Source: Dellaglioa algida DSM 15638 (lineage in GTDB: Bacteria; Bacillota; Bacilli; Lactobacillales; Lactobacillaceae). Taken from it: a stretch of DNA of 24,000 bases. The notes under the pieces were generated by a model. The model saw only the letters and a program-made list of their open reading frames with translations. It was not told the DNA's origin and searched no databases. The translations under genes and the position numbers were made by a program. Location of the stretch: NCBI RefSeq assembly GCF_001434695.1, contig NZ_AZDI01000001.1:33043-57042 (forward strand). Reading direction: 5' to 3'. This document shows positions 23,390 to 24,000 of this stretch, piece after piece; the first letter of the stretch is position 1, and the number at the start of each line of letters is the position of its first letter.

Positions 23390-23989
23390 ATGACCTATAT
23401 ACTTGGATTGACTGGTGGGATTGCGACGGGTAAATCAACCGTTAGTCATATTTTTAAGAATTCAAATGTGCCTGTTATCGATGCAGATATTATCGCAAGG
23501 CAGGTTGTTGAGCCAAAATCGGAAACTTTGAAAATGATTATCAATGAATTTGGTGAGAAGTATCTCATGGAAAATGGCGCTTTAAATCGTAAAAAATTAG
23601 GGAAATTAGTTTTTAATGATGGTGCGGCGTTAGAAAAGTTAAACGGTGTTATTCATCCCGCTATTAGAAAAGAGATTTTAACGCAAATTCAGTTTCAAAA
23701 AAAATTAGGTAGTCCGGTAATCGTTTTAGACATGCCGTTGTTATTTGAACAGAATTATCAAATAATCTGTGACGCCGTTATGGTTGTTTTCGTACCTGAA
23801 ACAACCCAGTTAAAACGATTAATTAATCGAGATGGCTTGACTTCCGACGAGGCGCAATTAAGAATTAAGGCACAATGGCCAATTCAAAAGAAGAAAGATT
23901 TAGCTGATTTTGTGATTGATAATTCGACAACGGTTGCCGTCACGAGGGGTCAAGTGCTAAACTGGCTTAGTAATCAAAATAATGACTAA
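23390..23989 (+). CDS. coaE: Dephospho-CoA kinase CoaE
   Basis: P-loop GLTGGIATGKST lies immediately after the start. ATG 23390 follows GAGGAA (23375-23380) and sits 2 nt after the mutM stop. The track extension from 23354 overlaps mutM and is not needed. Confidence 0.9.
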   Translation: MTYILGLTGGIATGKSTVSHIFKNSNVPVIDADIIARQVVEPKSETLKMIINEFGEKYLMENGALNRKKLGKLVFNDGAALEKLNGVIHPAIRKEILTQIQFQKKLGSPVIVLDMPLLFEQNYQIICDAVMVVFVPETTQLKRLINRDGLTSDEAQLRIKAQWPIQKKKDLADFVIDNSTTVAVTRGQVLNWLSNQNND

Positions 23990-24000
23990 ATAAATGTAAA

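Overview
AT-rich, densely packed core-chromosome segment of a low-GC Firmicute, probably Lactobacillales-like. This is judged from gene content, lipoprotein and RBS signatures, and gene order recalled from Bacillus subtilis; no database search was possible. I support 20 protein-coding genes, 17 on the + strand and 3 on the - strand. In order they are: 3' part of a class A PBP, yheA-like, yhaO/sbcF, yhaN/sbcE, yhaM, prsA(-), small YtxH-like membrane protein(-), hit(-), ecsA, ecsB, ytmP-like kinase-fold protein, trmB, M42 aminopeptidase, ytpP-like thioredoxin, universal stress protein, ytpR-like tRNA-binding protein, a TM-less FtsK/SftA-type translocase, murC, BAX-inhibitor/YccA-family membrane protein, polA, mutM, coaE. 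This reproduces three B. subtilis-type synteny blocks (yheA-yhaONM-prsA-hit-ecsAB; ytmP-trmB-ytoP-ytpP-ytpR-sftA-murC; polA-mutM-coaE). Relative to that order as I recall it, no ecsC is present and a uspA-type gene sits where ytpQ would be. I found no tRNA/rRNA genes, transposases, integrases, prophage genes, CRISPR arrays, toxin-antitoxin pairs or recognisable defence islands, so I do not think the window holds a novel multi-gene system. The one striking feature is a perfect 45-copy 9-bp in-frame tandem repeat (CAAGAAGTA, encoding (QEV)45) in the linker of the SftA/FtsK-type translocase. It is either a very recently expanded, probably length-variable VNTR or an assembly-sensitive region. Secondary observations: a two-helix hydrophobic hairpin at the coiled-coil apex of the SbcE/YhaN SMC-like ATPase; a three-half-site palindrome around the -10 box of the M42 peptidase promoter; and terminator-like hairpins that directly abut downstream start codons. 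Several ORF-track starts were moved to downstream RBS-supported start codons. All product calls rest on motifs read from the translations and on remembered family features and synteny.
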